64,000 nt of DNA from Gemmatimonadota bacterium (GCA_965116475.1 OZ220691.1:128001-192000), one strand, 5' to 3'. Shown: positions 49,274 through 60,393, counted from the stretch's first letter. A program made the numbers and translations. The notes: generated by a model not told the origin, from the sequence alone.

Positions 49274-50007
49274 CAGTTCCGCTCGACGACGGGATCCTGG
49301 AAGCGATTCCGGCCCATCACGCGGTCGCGGATCGCCGCTTCCGCGTCGCCCGCCTGTTCGAGCAGCGCCGCCGCCTGCTCGGGCGACAGCATCTCCATCT
49401 CGCCGGAACCCGGGGCCGCCGCGGCGCCGGCGCCGGCGCCCTGCGGAGATTGTCCCTGCCCGCCCTGCTGCTCGTCGCCGCCGCTCTCTCCCTCCTCCTC
49501 GAGCCAGCGCTCGACGAGTTCGAGGTTCCAGCGCGCGTCCTCATCGTCCACGCGGCGGCGGAGGACTTCGCGGAAGGCTTCGCGCGCGGCCTGGAGGGCG
49601 GCTCGGCGCGCGGAAGGGTCGCTCTGGGCGAAACGGCCGTCGAGAGCCGTGCTGAGTCCGAGGTTGTAGAAGGCGCTCTCGCGTACCTCGTCGCGCTCGC
49701 TGCCGATCGAGAGTTCGAGGGGGGCCTGCGCCTCGCCCACCTGCCCGTCGTGGAGGAGGGCCGTCCCGTAGTTGTAGTGGTCGATCGGCCGGTCGGAGGA
49801 AGCGGCCCGTTCCCTGTAGCGCACGACGGTCTCGGATGTCTCGGATTCGGACGCCTGCGCCTCGGCGGACCCGGCCTGGTCGGCCACCCTCGCCTGCCCC
49901 GTCGCGCCCGCCGACGCATCCTGCGGCTCCCCCCCGGCAAACGCCGCGAGCGAGGCGGCCGCGGCCGCGACCCCGAAGACCGTGCACCTCCGCGTCGACT
50001 CAACCAC
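49270..50007 (-). CDS. TPR protein, BatC-like
   Basis: YNYGTA, AFYNLG, DARWNLEL, Q/G-rich linker, C-terminal ERNW. Confidence 0.8.
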   Translation of the reverse strand: MVESTRRCTVFGVAAAAASLAAFAGGEPQDASAGATGQARVADQAGSAEAQASESETSETVVRYRERAASSDRPIDHYNYGTALLHDGQVGEAQAPLELSIGSERDEVRESAFYNLGLSTALDGRFAQSDPSARRAALQAAREAFREVLRRRVDDEDARWNLELVERWLEEEGESGGDEQQGGQGQSPQGAGAGAAAAPGSGEMEMLSPEQAAALLEQAGDAEAAIRDRVMGRNRFQDPVVERNW

Positions 50008-50989
50008 GTGGCAACAGGAACCCTTCTCCCCAGAGGCTGATGAAGGCGAGCAGGAGCAACGCGGCTACGGCCGCGTCATCGGTCGATGTCAGGGGTTCCC
50101 GGCCGCCCTCCGCCAGTTCCCGTTCGATCGCGTCCGTACCGTCCGAACCGTCAACATAGCGCCCGCCGGTGCCGAGAGACATCTGCCGCAGCGACGCCGC
50201 GTTCAACCTCGTGATGACGGGGCTGCCGTCCGGCCCCTGAAGCACCGAAGCGCCGCCCCGCCGCCGGGCCGCCATCGAGGGGTCCAGCGACGCCTCCCGC
50301 GTCAGGGGGATCTGTCCTCCGAGTTCGGTTCCGATCCCCACCGCATGGATGACGATGCCCGCATCCCGAGCCCGCCCTATCGCCTCCCCGAAGGGCGCGC
50401 CGGCGGTTTCCTCGCCGTCGGAGAAGACGACGATCGACTTGCGCGCGCCCTCCTCCCCGCCGGCGAGGAGATCGATCGCCTGCGTGAGACCGGAGGCGAG
50501 CGAGGATCCGCCCAGCCCCACCGCGGCGGGCCGCACGCCCTCCGCCAGCATCTCGATCGCGCTCATGTCCGTCGTCAGCGGCGAGAGCACGTACGCGCGC
50601 CCGGCGAAGTAGACGACGCCCATCCGACCCTGCGTGCGCGTCGCAAGGCGGGCGGCCAGCTGCCGCTGCACCTCCAGCCGGCTCGGCTCGACGTCGCCCG
50701 CCAGCATCGAGTTCGACGCGTCGAGCACCAGGATCGTCTCCGCCCCTCCTTCATCGAGACGCCGGGCCTCCGTCCCGCCCGAACCGGAGGCGAGCGCGAT
50801 CGCGACGACACCCGCACCGAGCAGCGTCAGGCGAACGGGCGGGAGGGCGTGCGCGGGCAGCCGCACATAACGCTCGAGCAGCGAGGGTTCGGCGAGTTTC
50901 TCGCGGTCGGCGCCCGACCGTCGCGACGCGAGCAGCCTGAGCCCGACGGCCGCGGCTCCGAGCAGGAGGGCGATCGGGAGCGGGGCCAC
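50000..50989 (-). CDS. vWA-domain membrane protein, BatB-like
   Basis: LDASNSM MIDAS, PLTTD, FSDGE, GIGT. Confidence 0.85.
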   Translation of the reverse strand: MAPLPIALLLGAAAVGLRLLASRRSGADREKLAEPSLLERYVRLPAHALPPVRLTLLGAGVVAIALASGSGGTEARRLDEGGAETILVLDASNSMLAGDVEPSRLEVQRQLAARLATRTQGRMGVVYFAGRAYVLSPLTTDMSAIEMLAEGVRPAAVGLGGSSLASGLTQAIDLLAGGEEGARKSIVVFSDGEETAGAPFGEAIGRARDAGIVIHAVGIGTELGGQIPLTREASLDPSMAARRRGGASVLQGPDGSPVITRLNAASLRQMSLGTGGRYVDGSDGTDAIERELAEGGREPLTSTDDAAVAALLLLAFISLWGEGFLLPRG

Positions 50990-50991
50990 GG

Positions 50992-51984
50992 TCAGACCCA
51001 GACCCGGCGGGAGCGCGTCGCCGACACGAGAAGCTCCAGCAGGACGAGCGCGAGCGCCGCGATGAGAAGTTCCCGCCGCATCCCGACCCGCTCCTCCGTC
51101 CGCACTTCCTTGATCGGGGTGGTCTCGAGTTCGTTGATCCGCTCGTAGATCCGCGTCAGTCCCTCGGGATCGGTGGCGCGGAAGTAGAGCCCCCCCGTGC
51201 GGGTCGCCATGCGGTCGAGGAGTTCGTCGTTCACATGGACGCGGATATTGGCGTACTGGTATCCGAAGGCGGTCCGGGCAACGGGCACGGGGGCAACCCC
51301 GTCGCGGCCGACGCCGATCGTGTAGACGCGGATGCCGAGCGAGGCGGCCGCGGCCGTCGCCTCCTCCGGCGAGATCCCGCCGCTGTTGTTGTCTCCATCG
51401 GTGAGCAGGACGACGATGCGGGATTCGGGCTCCAGGTCGCGGAGCCGGTTCGCCGCCGTGGCCAGGGCAACGCCGATGGCCGTCCCATCCCGGAGCTGTC
51501 CGGCCTCGAGCCGCTCGACCGCGCTCTCCACCACGGCGTGGTCCAGGGTCCCCGGCACCATCGTGAGGGCCTCTCCCGCGAAGGCGACGAGACCGATCCA
51601 GTCCGACTCCCGTCCCTCCACGAAGCGGATGACCTCCCGCTTCGCGACTTCGATGCGGTTATCCGGGCGGAAGTCCTCCGCCAGCATCGAGCTCGAGATG
51701 TCGACCGCCAGCATGATCGCCACGCCCTCGCGCTCCGACTCGACGCGCTCCCACACCCGCACGGGGTTGACGAGGGTGATGATGACGAGCGCGAGGGCGA
51801 GAGAGCGAAGGGCGGCCGGCAACCACCACCAGAACCGGCCCCGGCCCCGGCCGCGGGAACCGGCGAGGCGCGCGATGTCCGGGTACGGGAGACGGATCCT
51901 GCCCGAACCCATCAGGGCCCACCCGAGCGGCAGCAGGACGAGCATAAGGAGGAACGGCCAGCCGGGGAGGGCGAATTCGCTCAC
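50992..51984 (-). CDS. vWA-domain membrane protein, BatA-like
   Basis: VDISSSMLAEDF, GTAIG, LLTDGDNNSG, YTIGVG, TGGLYFRA. Confidence 0.9.
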   Translation of the reverse strand: MSEFALPGWPFLLMLVLLPLGWALMGSGRIRLPYPDIARLAGSRGRGRGRFWWWLPAALRSLALALVIITLVNPVRVWERVESEREGVAIMLAVDISSSMLAEDFRPDNRIEVAKREVIRFVEGRESDWIGLVAFAGEALTMVPGTLDHAVVESAVERLEAGQLRDGTAIGVALATAANRLRDLEPESRIVVLLTDGDNNSGGISPEEATAAAASLGIRVYTIGVGRDGVAPVPVARTAFGYQYANIRVHVNDELLDRMATRTGGLYFRATDPEGLTRIYERINELETTPIKEVRTEERVGMRRELLIAALALVLLELLVSATRSRRVWV

Positions 51985-52937
51985 GCGCCGCCTCCGTTCC
52001 CCCTCGCGCCCGGACCACCGTCACCGTCCCTGCCGTCACCGTGCTCACCGTCACCGTCCCCACCCGCGTCCGACTGCTCCATGTCCGCGCGCACGAACGC
52101 CTCGCCGACGTCCACGTCGCCGAGCGGCCCCTCCCACTCCGTCCGCGTGCGCGCGAAACGGGCCAGAATCGAGTGACGCAGCGCGGCGACGAGCCCCGTG
52201 TCGGAGTCGCCGAGCCCGAGCAGTTCCTTCGACGGCGCCCACCCGCGCGTCACATGCGCGTAGCGCCGCAGCGTCTCCTCGTAGCCGTCGTAGAACCCGT
52301 CGCCGCTCACCTGCTGCCGGACCCATCCCTCGCGGAGGCGGGCGAGGTCGCGGAGCGCGAGGTCGCCGGGGCCGAGGGGAAGGTCGGCGGCGGTCGCGGC
52401 GCCGCGGCCGCGACCCCAGGTCCACCAGGCGAGTCCGGCAAGCGCCGCGGCGAGCAGGATCAGCCACCAGGGCAGGCCCCGCAGGTTCAGGAGGGGCCGG
52501 GCATCCCTCAGCTCGAGCGGGTCGTCCGCGGCGGGGAGCACACTCACGACCGGGACCGCGGGAGGCTGCAGCCGACGCACCACGCCGCCCGCGGCCGCGA
52601 GTTCCACTTCCACCGGCGGGATGACGAGCGTATCCGCGCGCCACGCGCGGACCGTGTACTCCGCTTCCCACCGCCGACCCTCTTCGAGGGACCGGATCTG
52701 CACCGGCCCCGCCTGCTCGATTGACTCCGGTCCGGCGATGAGCGCGGGAAAGTGGACCTCGCCGGCTCGCTCCTGGCCGACGACGAGGCGGACCGTGAAC
52801 GCCTCGCCGACCCGCACCGACTCGGGCAGGACCGTCGCCTCGAGGTCGACCGCGGACTGGGCCGCCAGAGCCGGCGTGAGCCCGAGCCCCAGGCCGAGGC
52901 CGAGCGTCGCCCGCACCGTCCAGCGGCACCTCCTCAC
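51981..52937 (-). CDS. Membrane-anchored hypothetical protein of the Bat/MoxR operon
   Basis: Signal peptide, Ig-like beta region, TM segment (PWWLILLAAALAGLAWW); GTGA overlaps on both sides. Confidence 0.7.
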   Translation of the reverse strand: MRRCRWTVRATLGLGLGLGLTPALAAQSAVDLEATVLPESVRVGEAFTVRLVVGQERAGEVHFPALIAGPESIEQAGPVQIRSLEEGRRWEAEYTVRAWRADTLVIPPVEVELAAAGGVVRRLQPPAVPVVSVLPAADDPLELRDARPLLNLRGLPWWLILLAAALAGLAWWTWGRGRGAATAADLPLGPGDLALRDLARLREGWVRQQVSGDGFYDGYEETLRRYAHVTRGWAPSKELLGLGDSDTGLVAALRHSILARFARTRTEWEGPLGDVDVGEAFVRADMEQSDAGGDGDGEHGDGRDGDGGPGARGNGGGA

Positions 52938-53866
52938 CGGAGCCTCCGCCGGCCGCGAGCGGCGAAGAAGCCGGAGAGCCGGGACTCGTAGGGAGTGTCG
53001 GTCCGCAGCCGCATGAGGTCCACGTGGCAGTGCGCGCACAGCCGCTCCAGCGTCCGCGCCCCCGTGGTCGAGCGCTCCATGAGCCGCTGCCGAACCGCCG
53101 CATCCCCGAGATCGACCACGGCGCGGTCCCCCGTTTCGGGGTCCACGACTTCCACCCAGCCCGATGCCGGGATCGTCGTCTCCGCGGGGTCATCGACCGC
53201 GAGCGCGACGACGTCGTGGCGGCCCGAGAGCCCAAGCAGCGGCCGGGCCAGGTTCCCGGCACCCACGAAGTCCGAGATCACGAACACGAGCGAGCGGACC
53301 GTGAGCATGCGCGCCGCGGTGACGAGGGCGAGATCGAGGTCCGTCCCCTTCCCCTCCGGCCGGACGGACACCAGCTCATGCAGGAGGCGGAGGTTGCGGT
53401 TGCGGCCCCGCGCCGGACGCGCGTAGCGCTCGATCCGGTCGCTGAAGAGGAGCATGCCCACCGGATCTCCGGCGCGCATCGCCGCGAGGGCGAGGGTGCT
53501 CGCCACCTCCGCGACGAGATCGCGCTTCAGCGATCGGCGCGTACCGAACTCGTTCGAGGCGGAGACGTCGACGACGAGGAGGACGGCAAGTTCCCGCTCC
53601 TCCACGAAGCGCTTCACGTACGGCCGCCGCATGCGGGCGGTCACCTTCCAGTCGATCGCCTGGAACGGGTCGCCCGGCTGATATTCGCGGACCTCGGAGA
53701 ACTCGATGCCGTGTCCGCGGAAGAGCGACGGGTAGGGCCCCAGGGCCGGGTTGTCCATGAACCGCCGGCTCTTCAACTCCAGCCGCCGAACCTCTTTCGA
53801 CGCGGCGGCGGAGTCGGCCGTCGGCGCCGGCCGTCGCGGACGCCACAGGAAGTCGGGCAGCCTCAC
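52934..53866 (-). CDS. DUF58 family protein
   Basis: GIEFSEVREYQPGD, IDWKVTAR, VDVSAS, VISDF. Confidence 0.92.
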   Translation of the reverse strand: MRLPDFLWRPRRPAPTADSAAASKEVRRLELKSRRFMDNPALGPYPSLFRGHGIEFSEVREYQPGDPFQAIDWKVTARMRRPYVKRFVEERELAVLLVVDVSASNEFGTRRSLKRDLVAEVASTLALAAMRAGDPVGMLLFSDRIERYARPARGRNRNLRLLHELVSVRPEGKGTDLDLALVTAARMLTVRSLVFVISDFVGAGNLARPLLGLSGRHDVVALAVDDPAETTIPASGWVEVVDPETGDRAVVDLGDAAVRQRLMERSTTGARTLERLCAHCHVDLMRLRTDTPYESRLSGFFAARGRRRLR

Positions 53867-54885
53867 GGCACCGGTACGGTCTCCAGGAGATGGTCGAGGA
53901 TGTGATCCGCATCGATCTGTTCGGCCTGGGCCTGGAAGGTCAGGACGAGTCGATGCCGAAGGACATCGCGGGCGATCGCCTTCACATCCTCCGGAACCAC
54001 GAAGGCCCGGCCCTCGATGAAGGCATGCGCGCGGGCCGCTCTCGCGAGGAATATCGTGGCGCGCGGCGAGGCCCCGAACTCGATCCAGTCCCCGAACTGC
54101 CCCAGGCCATGGGCCGCGGGCTCCCGCGTCGCGAGCACGAGCTGGAGGATGTAGTCCTCGAGCCGCCGGTCCACGTAGATCGCCGGAAGCATGGCGCGCG
54201 CGGCGAGGATGCGGTCCGGCTCCACGACGGCCTCGACGGGCGGCGGATCCTCTCCCGCCATGAGCCGCATGATGGACCTCTCCTCCTCGGGCGCGGGGTA
54301 GCCGACCCGGGTCTTGAACATGAACCGGTCCACCTGCGCCTCGGGAAGCGGGTACGTGCCCTCGTGCTCGATGGGATTCTGGGTGGCCATGACGAGGAAC
54401 GGCACGGGGAGCGGATGCGTCTCCTCTCCGATCGTCACCTGACGCTCCTGCATCGCCTCCAGCAGGGCGGACTGGACCTTGGCGGGCGCGCGGTTGATCT
54501 CATCGGCGAGGACGATGTTCGCGAAGATGGGCCCCCGCTTCGGCGTGAAGGTGCCCGTCTTCTCCTCCCATACGAGCGTTCCGACGACATCGGCGGGCAG
54601 CAGGTCCGGCGTGAACTGGATGCGCCGGAAGGTGGTGTGGATCGCCTCGGCGAGCGTGCTGACGGTGAGCGTCTTCGCGAGTCCCGGCACACCTTCCAGC
54701 AGGATATGGCCGCCCGTGAGGAGGCTCATCAGAACGCGGTCGAGGAGGGCGTGCTGTCCGACGATCCGCTTGGCCAGTTCGTTTCGAACCTCGGCCACGA
54801 AGGTCCCCGCCTCCCGGATCGCGGCCTGCTGGGTCTCGAGATCCTCCTCCGAGATCCGTTGGGCCGTCCCGGCTTCTCCGTTCAT
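53863..54885 (-). CDS. MoxR-family AAA+ ATPase
   Basis: LEGVPGLAKT, RIQFTPDLLP, DEINRA, ATQNPIE, GASPRA. Confidence 0.95.
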   Translation of the reverse strand: MNGEAGTAQRISEEDLETQQAAIREAGTFVAEVRNELAKRIVGQHALLDRVLMSLLTGGHILLEGVPGLAKTLTVSTLAEAIHTTFRRIQFTPDLLPADVVGTLVWEEKTGTFTPKRGPIFANIVLADEINRAPAKVQSALLEAMQERQVTIGEETHPLPVPFLVMATQNPIEHEGTYPLPEAQVDRFMFKTRVGYPAPEEERSIMRLMAGEDPPPVEAVVEPDRILAARAMLPAIYVDRRLEDYILQLVLATREPAAHGLGQFGDWIEFGASPRATIFLARAARAHAFIEGRAFVVPEDVKAIARDVLRHRLVLTFQAQAEQIDADHILDHLLETVPVP

Positions 54886-54946
54886 GCGTTCTCTCGCTCG
54901 TTCTCTCGCTGTCGCGGTGATGTTCGGTCTTTCAGCCGCCCGATGT

Positions 54947-55687
54947 TCACTCCGTAACCGTCCGGGAGCAAGCGGGAGCCGCCGCCCGCCGGAGCGCCTG
55001 CCTTTCCCTCGGAGACAACTCGCGGGTCGCTCCCGCTGCGAGAGCGCCCAGTCGAACCGGCCCGAACGAGGTCCTGCGCAGGCTCAGCAGCGTGACGCCG
55101 AGCGAGGCGAGCATACGCCGGATCTCCCGATTTCTCCCCTCGGTGAGGACGATCTCGACGGTGGGCGACGAAGTACGCGGAGGCGCCATCCAGCGCGCCC
55201 GGCGGGCTCGCGCGGGTCCGTCTTCGAGCGCCACGCCGGCCCGCAACCGATCCGGCACTTCCACCGTCACGGGCCCGCGGAGTCTCGCGTGGTAGACCCG
55301 CTCGATTCCGGTGCGGGGGTGGAGGAGCCGATGCACGATGTCCCCCTCGTTCGACAGGAGAAGGAGGCCCTCGCTCATGAAGTCGAGCCGGCCGACGTGA
55401 GGCAGGTGGTGGGCATCGGCGGGGAGCAGATCGTAGATGATGGGTCGCCGGCCGGGATCGTGCCGGGTGCACGCGTACCCCGGCGGCTTGTGGAGCGCCA
55501 GCCAGAGGACGGGCTTCAAGCGGACGGGGCGGCGGTCCACCTCGACCCGTTCGGCGTTCGGGTCCACCCTGGTCCCGAGCTTCGTCACGACTTCGCCGTT
55601 CACGCGCACGCGGCCGCTGGCGATGAGTGCTTCGCTCCGGCGCCGGGAAGCCACACCGGCCCGGGCAAGGTATTTCTGCAATCGCAT
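54947..55687 (-). CDS. rluB: rRNA pseudouridine synthase (RluB/RsuA family)
   Basis: MRLQKYLARAGVASRR S4 domain, VGRLD, EGRNREIRRM; follows scpB. Confidence 0.85.
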   Translation of the reverse strand: MRLQKYLARAGVASRRRSEALIASGRVRVNGEVVTKLGTRVDPNAERVEVDRRPVRLKPVLWLALHKPPGYACTRHDPGRRPIIYDLLPADAHHLPHVGRLDFMSEGLLLLSNEGDIVHRLLHPRTGIERVYHARLRGPVTVEVPDRLRAGVALEDGPARARRARWMAPPRTSSPTVEIVLTEGRNREIRRMLASLGVTLLSLRRTSFGPVRLGALAAGATRELSPRERQALRRAAAPACSRTVTE

Positions 55688-56247
55688 CAGCCGTCTGCCT
55701 GGCGCTCCGCTTCGGCCGCTTCGGCGCGCACGAGCGCGACGGAAAGGTCCTCCGGCGCGGGGAGATCGTCCAGCGCCTGCAGGGCGAAGTGATCCAGAAA
55801 CCGAGGCGTCGTCCCATAGAGGAGCGGCCGCCCCAGCCCCTCGCCCCGCCCCACGACCTCGATCAGTTCCCAGTCCTGGAGCGTGCGCAGCACCGAAGTG
55901 GACGCCACGCCCCGGATCTCCTCGACCTCGATCCGCCCGATGGGCTGCCGGTAGGCGATGATGGCGAGCGTCTCGAGCGCGGCGCGGGAGAGCGTCGGCG
56001 GGCGCGGCACCGATTCGAACCGCTCCAGGTACGGCACGAATTCCGGGCGCGTGAGGATCTGGAAGCCGTCCCCGAGCTGGTAGACCTGGAATGCCCGTCC
56101 GTCCGTGTCGTAGTGCTCTCGCAGCGCGGCGAGCGCTTCGCGGACACGCCGCACGTCGAGCGCGTCGTCGGCCCGGGCCAGTTCGCGGGCCGTGAGCGGC
56201 GTCTGGCTCGCGAACAGCGCGGCTTCCACGATCTGCTCCGGGCTCAC
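55687..56247 (-). CDS. scpB: SMC-Scp complex subunit ScpB
   Basis: IVEAALFAS, LSRAALETLAIIAYRQPI, IRGV, GRPLLYGTT. Confidence 0.95.
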   Translation of the reverse strand: MSPEQIVEAALFASQTPLTARELARADDALDVRRVREALAALREHYDTDGRAFQVYQLGDGFQILTRPEFVPYLERFESVPRPPTLSRAALETLAIIAYRQPIGRIEVEEIRGVASTSVLRTLQDWELIEVVGRGEGLGRPLLYGTTPRFLDHFALQALDDLPAPEDLSVALVRAEAAEAERQADG

Positions 56248-57020
56248 GCGCCCTCCTCTCCCCCGCCGTCCCGCGAGCGGCGTCCGAACAGCCAGATGGC
56301 GCCAAACCGCTTCACCTGCTCGAGCCTCACGAACTGTTGCCGGGCAAGTTCCAGACAGGCGAGCAGCGCCGCGACGACGTGCTGCCGCTCCTGCCACGAA
56401 TCGAACAGCCGGTTGAACGGCACCCGCCGGGTTTCGCCCAGCAGACGCCGGATGACGACGATCTTGTCCTCGACCGGGACGATGCGGATGGGGGCGACGT
56501 GCGTCGTCACGGGATCCGGGCCCCGGATATCGCCGAGGACCGCCAGGAAATCGTCGAGCGTCGTCGAGAGCTCCTGGCCATCGGCCTCGCGCGGCGGTCG
56601 CGGAGGCAGGAAGCCCTTCGACATGTGTCGCCGCCGTTCCAGTTCGGCCGCGCCCAGCGTCCGCGCGATCTCCTGAAACAGCTCATATTCCAGGAGACGC
56701 CGTACGAGTTCGGCCCGCGGATCATCTTCCCACTCCGCGTCGCCGCGTCCCGGCAGGAGGAGCTGCGCCTTGATGTGGACCAGCGTCGCGGCGAGCTCCA
56801 GGAACTCCCCGGCGCGGTCGAGCTCCAGGCGGTCGATGCCATCGGTGAGGGCTTCGTGGAACTGTCGCGTGATGGTGGAGATCGGGATATCGAAGATGTC
56901 GATGTCCTGCGACCGAATGAGGTGCAGGAGAAGGTCCAGGGGCCCCTGAAACCGGTCGAGCTCCACGACGAACGGCTGCGCCGTAAGCTGGCTTGGAAGT
57001 CGGTTGGGCACCGCCGTCAC
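56244..57020 (-). CDS. scpA: Segregation/condensation protein ScpA
   Basis: FQGPLDLLLHLI, DIPI, DPRAELVRRLLEY, LACLEL; GGGAGG RBS before GTG 57020. Confidence 0.94.
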   Translation of the reverse strand: MTAVPNRLPSQLTAQPFVVELDRFQGPLDLLLHLIRSQDIDIFDIPISTITRQFHEALTDGIDRLELDRAGEFLELAATLVHIKAQLLLPGRGDAEWEDDPRAELVRRLLEYELFQEIARTLGAAELERRRHMSKGFLPPRPPREADGQELSTTLDDFLAVLGDIRGPDPVTTHVAPIRIVPVEDKIVVIRRLLGETRRVPFNRLFDSWQERQHVVAALLACLELARQQFVRLEQVKRFGAIWLFGRRSRDGGGEEGA

Positions 57021-57222
57021 GAAACCTCCCCGCACGCTCGGGCCGGCGGAAACCGAAGGTCGCCGGCCAGTCGGCGCGTAATCTAGCGTGGTGTCGCGGA
57101 AACCTGCGAGTCGCCGGGAGCGCCGGGGCGCCGGGTTGGAGGTATCCGCCGAATCTGGTATGTTCTGTTGCTAATGTACAACCGCCGCACGATGGACGTC
57201 GAAAGAAAAAAGAAGGAATCGG

Positions 57223-57477
57223 ATGCCGAATAACGAGAGTCAGAAGAAGCGGCTGCGCCAGTCGCGCGCGCGGCGGCTCCGGAACCGCCGGGTGCGGTCC
57301 GAGATCCGGACCCGGACCAAGCATCTCCTTGCGACGGAATCGTCGGAGGAGGCGACGCCGGCGCTGTCCGAGCTGTACCGCGTGCTCGACCGGGCGACCC
57401 GCCGGAACGTCATCAAGGCGAACGCCGCGGCGCGTCAGAAGGCGCGGGCGGCGCGACACGTCAACAGTCTGGGCTGA
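57223..57477 (+). CDS. rpsT: 30S ribosomal protein S20
   Basis: MPNNESQKKRLRQ...NRRVRSEIRT...IKANAAARQK. Confidence 0.95.
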   Translation: MPNNESQKKRLRQSRARRLRNRRVRSEIRTRTKHLLATESSEEATPALSELYRVLDRATRRNVIKANAAARQKARAARHVNSLG

Positions 57478-57569
57478 CGGGTGGCCCGGACCACCCCGGG
57501 CCACCCGGGCTGACTCGCTGACGGGGGGCCGTTGGGCTGACGGTATCGGCAGTCAGCCGGTATCGGCAG

Positions 57570-58874
57570 TCAGCCGCCTTCTTCGTAGCGGGTCTCTCCG
57601 CCGACGATCGTGCGCTTCACACGTCCCGTCACTTCCCACCCGCCGAACGGCGTATTCCGGCTCTTCGAGCGGAAGTTCGCGGGGTCGACCGTCCACGCCT
57701 CCTCGGGATCGAAGAGGACGATGTCCGCGCGACTTCCGGGGCGCAGGGTGCCGCCCTCGAGCCCCATCAGCCTGGCCGGCGCGGTGGACATCCGCTCGAT
57801 GAGATCGAAGAGCGGAAGGTCGCCCGGCGTCACGAGTTCGCCGATGCACACGGCGAGCGCGGTCTCAAGACCGACGATGCCGAAGGGCGCATCGTCGAAC
57901 TCGCGTTCCTTCTCCTCGTAGTGGTGCGGCGCGTGGTCCGTCGCCACGCACTCCAGCACCCCGTCGATGAGCCCCTGCCGTACCGCCAGGCGATCCGCCT
58001 CGGACCGGAGCGGCGGATTCATCTTGGCTTCGGTGCGGTAGCCGCGCACCGCCTCCTCCGTCAACGCCATGTGGTGAGGCGATGCCTCTCCGCTCACCCG
58101 CGTTCCGCGCTCACGCGCCAGGCGAATGAGTTCCACCGCTTCGCGGGTGGAGACGTGCTGAACGTGTACATGCCCGCCCGTGAGTTCCGCGAGATAGATA
58201 TCCCGCGCCACGACCGTGGCCTCAGAGGCGTTCGGGATCCCGCGCAGCCCGAGCGCGGTGGCCACGGCCCCTTCGTTCATGACCCCTCCCGCCGAGAGCG
58301 CCATGTCCTCCGCGTGCTGAAGGACGGGGATTCCGAACGACTGCGTGTACTCGAGCAGGCGCCGCATGAGCGCAGGGTCGTGGATCGGGTGTCCGTCGTC
58401 GGTGACCGCGACCGCGCCCGCCTCGACGAGGCCGCCTATCTCGGTCATCTGCCTGCCCGCGAGGCCGAGCGAGGCGGCGGCCACGGGACTCACGCGCGCC
58501 CCGCCCTCCCCCTTACGGGCCCAGCGCCGCGCCTCTTCTCGCACGAAGCCGACCGCGGCGGGGTCGTCGAGCGGCGGATCCGTGTTCGGCATCGCCCAGA
58601 TCGTCGTGAAGCCGCCGGCCGCCGCGGACCGGGCGCCCGTGCGGATCGTCTCCTTGTGCTCGGCTCCCGGTTCCCGCAGGTGGACGTGCACGTCGATCAG
58701 CCCCGGGGCAACCACGAGCCCCCGCGCCTCGATCCGCGGGATCCCCTCCGGCCCCGTGACACCCTTCGCGACCGCCTCGATCCGCCCATCCCGCACGAGC
58801 ACGTCCCGCACCTCATCCATCCCCGCGGAGGGATCGACCACCCGGCCTCCGGCGACGAGGAGCGACCCGCTCAC
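57570..58874 (-). CDS. pyrC: Dihydroorotase (type I)
   Basis: [32 protein letters not shown]. Confidence 0.95.
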   Translation of the reverse strand: MSGSLLVAGGRVVDPSAGMDEVRDVLVRDGRIEAVAKGVTGPEGIPRIEARGLVVAPGLIDVHVHLREPGAEHKETIRTGARSAAAGGFTTIWAMPNTDPPLDDPAAVGFVREEARRWARKGEGGARVSPVAAASLGLAGRQMTEIGGLVEAGAVAVTDDGHPIHDPALMRRLLEYTQSFGIPVLQHAEDMALSAGGVMNEGAVATALGLRGIPNASEATVVARDIYLAELTGGHVHVQHVSTREAVELIRLARERGTRVSGEASPHHMALTEEAVRGYRTEAKMNPPLRSEADRLAVRQGLIDGVLECVATDHAPHHYEEKEREFDDAPFGIVGLETALAVCIGELVTPGDLPLFDLIERMSTAPARLMGLEGGTLRPGSRADIVLFDPEEAWTVDPANFRSKSRNTPFGGWEVTGRVKRTIVGGETRYEEGG

Positions 58875-59845
58875 GACCCCGCCACCTTGGCGTCTTCGGC
58901 CAGCTCCGGGCGTCCGCCCGCCAGCAGGTAGAGAACGGCCATCCGCACGGCGACCCCGTTCGTCACCTGCGGGAGGATCACCGAGCGCGGACCGTCCGCC
59001 ACATCGGAGTCGATCTCGACCCCCCGGTTCATGGGCCCGGGGTGGAGGACAATCGTCTCGTCGCCGGCGCGGCCGAGGCGCTCGGAACTCACGCCGAACA
59101 CGCGGTTGTACTCGCGTAGCGAGGGGACGTAACCGCCCTCCATCCGCTCCAGCTGAAGCCGCAGCACGTAGAGCACATCGCACCACTCGATCGCCTCCTC
59201 GATCGAGCCCAGCGGTTGCACGCCCAGCTCCTCGATCCCGGCCGGGATCAGGGTGCGCGGCCCGCACACCGCGACCTCCGCCCCGCACTTCAGAAGGCCC
59301 CAGATGTTCGAGCGCGCGACGCGCGAGTGCAGGATGTCGCCGACGATGCAGACGCGCCGGCCCGCGATGGCCCCGAACCGGTCCCGGATCGTCAACAGGT
59401 CGAGGAGGGCCTGCGTGGGATGTTCGTGTTGACCGTCGCCGGCGTTGATCACGTGGGAGGGAATCCGCTCCGCGAGGAACTTCGCCGCCCCCGACGATCC
59501 GTGACGCACGACCACCATGTGAATCCTCATCGCCTCGAGGTTGCGCGCCGTATCGACGAGCGTCTCGCCCTTCTGCACAGAAGAGCCCACGGAAGAGATG
59601 TTCACCGTATCGGCCGAGAGCCGCTTCTCCGCGAACTCGAAGCTGATGCGGGTCCGAGTCGAGGGTTCGAGAAAGAGGTTGACGATGGTCTGGCCGCGGA
59701 GGACAGGCACCTTCTTAATCTTCCGCTCGCTGATCTCCTTGAAGGGCTCGGCGGTATCGAGAATCGCCTCGATCTGTCTCCTCGTGAGAGATTCGAGTCC
59801 GATGAGGTCCTTGCCGAGCCCGAGTTCCCGGCCCTGCGCCGTCAT
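58871..59845 (-). CDS. pyrB: Aspartate carbamoyltransferase catalytic subunit
   Basis: [26 protein letters not shown]. Confidence 0.97.
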   Translation of the reverse strand: MTAQGRELGLGKDLIGLESLTRRQIEAILDTAEPFKEISERKIKKVPVLRGQTIVNLFLEPSTRTRISFEFAEKRLSADTVNISSVGSSVQKGETLVDTARNLEAMRIHMVVVRHGSSGAAKFLAERIPSHVINAGDGQHEHPTQALLDLLTIRDRFGAIAGRRVCIVGDILHSRVARSNIWGLLKCGAEVAVCGPRTLIPAGIEELGVQPLGSIEEAIEWCDVLYVLRLQLERMEGGYVPSLREYNRVFGVSSERLGRAGDETIVLHPGPMNRGVEIDSDVADGPRSVILPQVTNGVAVRMAVLYLLAGGRPELAEDAKVAGS

Positions 59846-60393
59846 GCTCCTGCCTCCGGCGCGGGGCGCAGGGCGACGATGTCGACGCCCCAGTCGCCGT
59901 CCGTGTCCGCGACGCGCACCGCCACATCCTGGTTCGGTCCCACTTCGACCACACGGCCCACGTAGTCGGGCTGGATCGGGAGCTGGCGTCCGCCGCGATC
60001 GACAAGTACGCAGAGCTGGATCCGGCGGGCGCGTCCGAAATCCGCCAGTTCCTGGAGCGCGGCGCGGATCGTTCGTCCGGTGTGGAGCACGTCGTCGACG
60101 ATGACGATGTGCGCGCCTTCGATGGACTCCGGGATGCGGGTCGTCCCGACGGTGGGGAGCGCACCGATCTGCCCGAAGTCATCGCGGTAGAGCGTGATGT
60201 CGAGCGAACCGATGGGGATCCTGCCGCGCGTCGGCTCAAGGCGGCGGCCGATCTCCGCCGCGATCGAATCGCCGCGGCGGTGAATGCCGATGAGGATGAG
60301 GCGGGCCTCGGGCTTGATCGCCCGGTCAAGCTGCGCGGAAAGCTCGGCAAGGAGCTCTCGGGCAGCGGCCTCGTCGAGGACGTTGTGCGTCAG
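59842..60393 (-). CDS. pyrR: PyrR (pyrimidine regulator / uracil phosphoribosyltransferase); start uncertain, possibly CTG
   Basis: [36 protein letters not shown]. Confidence 0.9.
   Translation of the reverse strand: MTHNVLDEAAARELLAELSAQLDRAIKPEARLILIGIHRRGDSIAAEIGRRLEPTRGRIPIGSLDITLYRDDFGQIGALPTVGTTRIPESIEGAHIVIVDDVLHTGRTIRAALQELADFGRARRIQLCVLVDRGGRQLPIQPDYVGRVVEVGPNQDVAVRVADTDGDWGVDIVALRPAPEAGA

Noticed and set aside
52005..52065. CACCGT-type repeats
   Set aside because: They encode a low-complexity Gly/Asp tail (GDGDGEHGDGRDGDGG); no evidence of a separate element.
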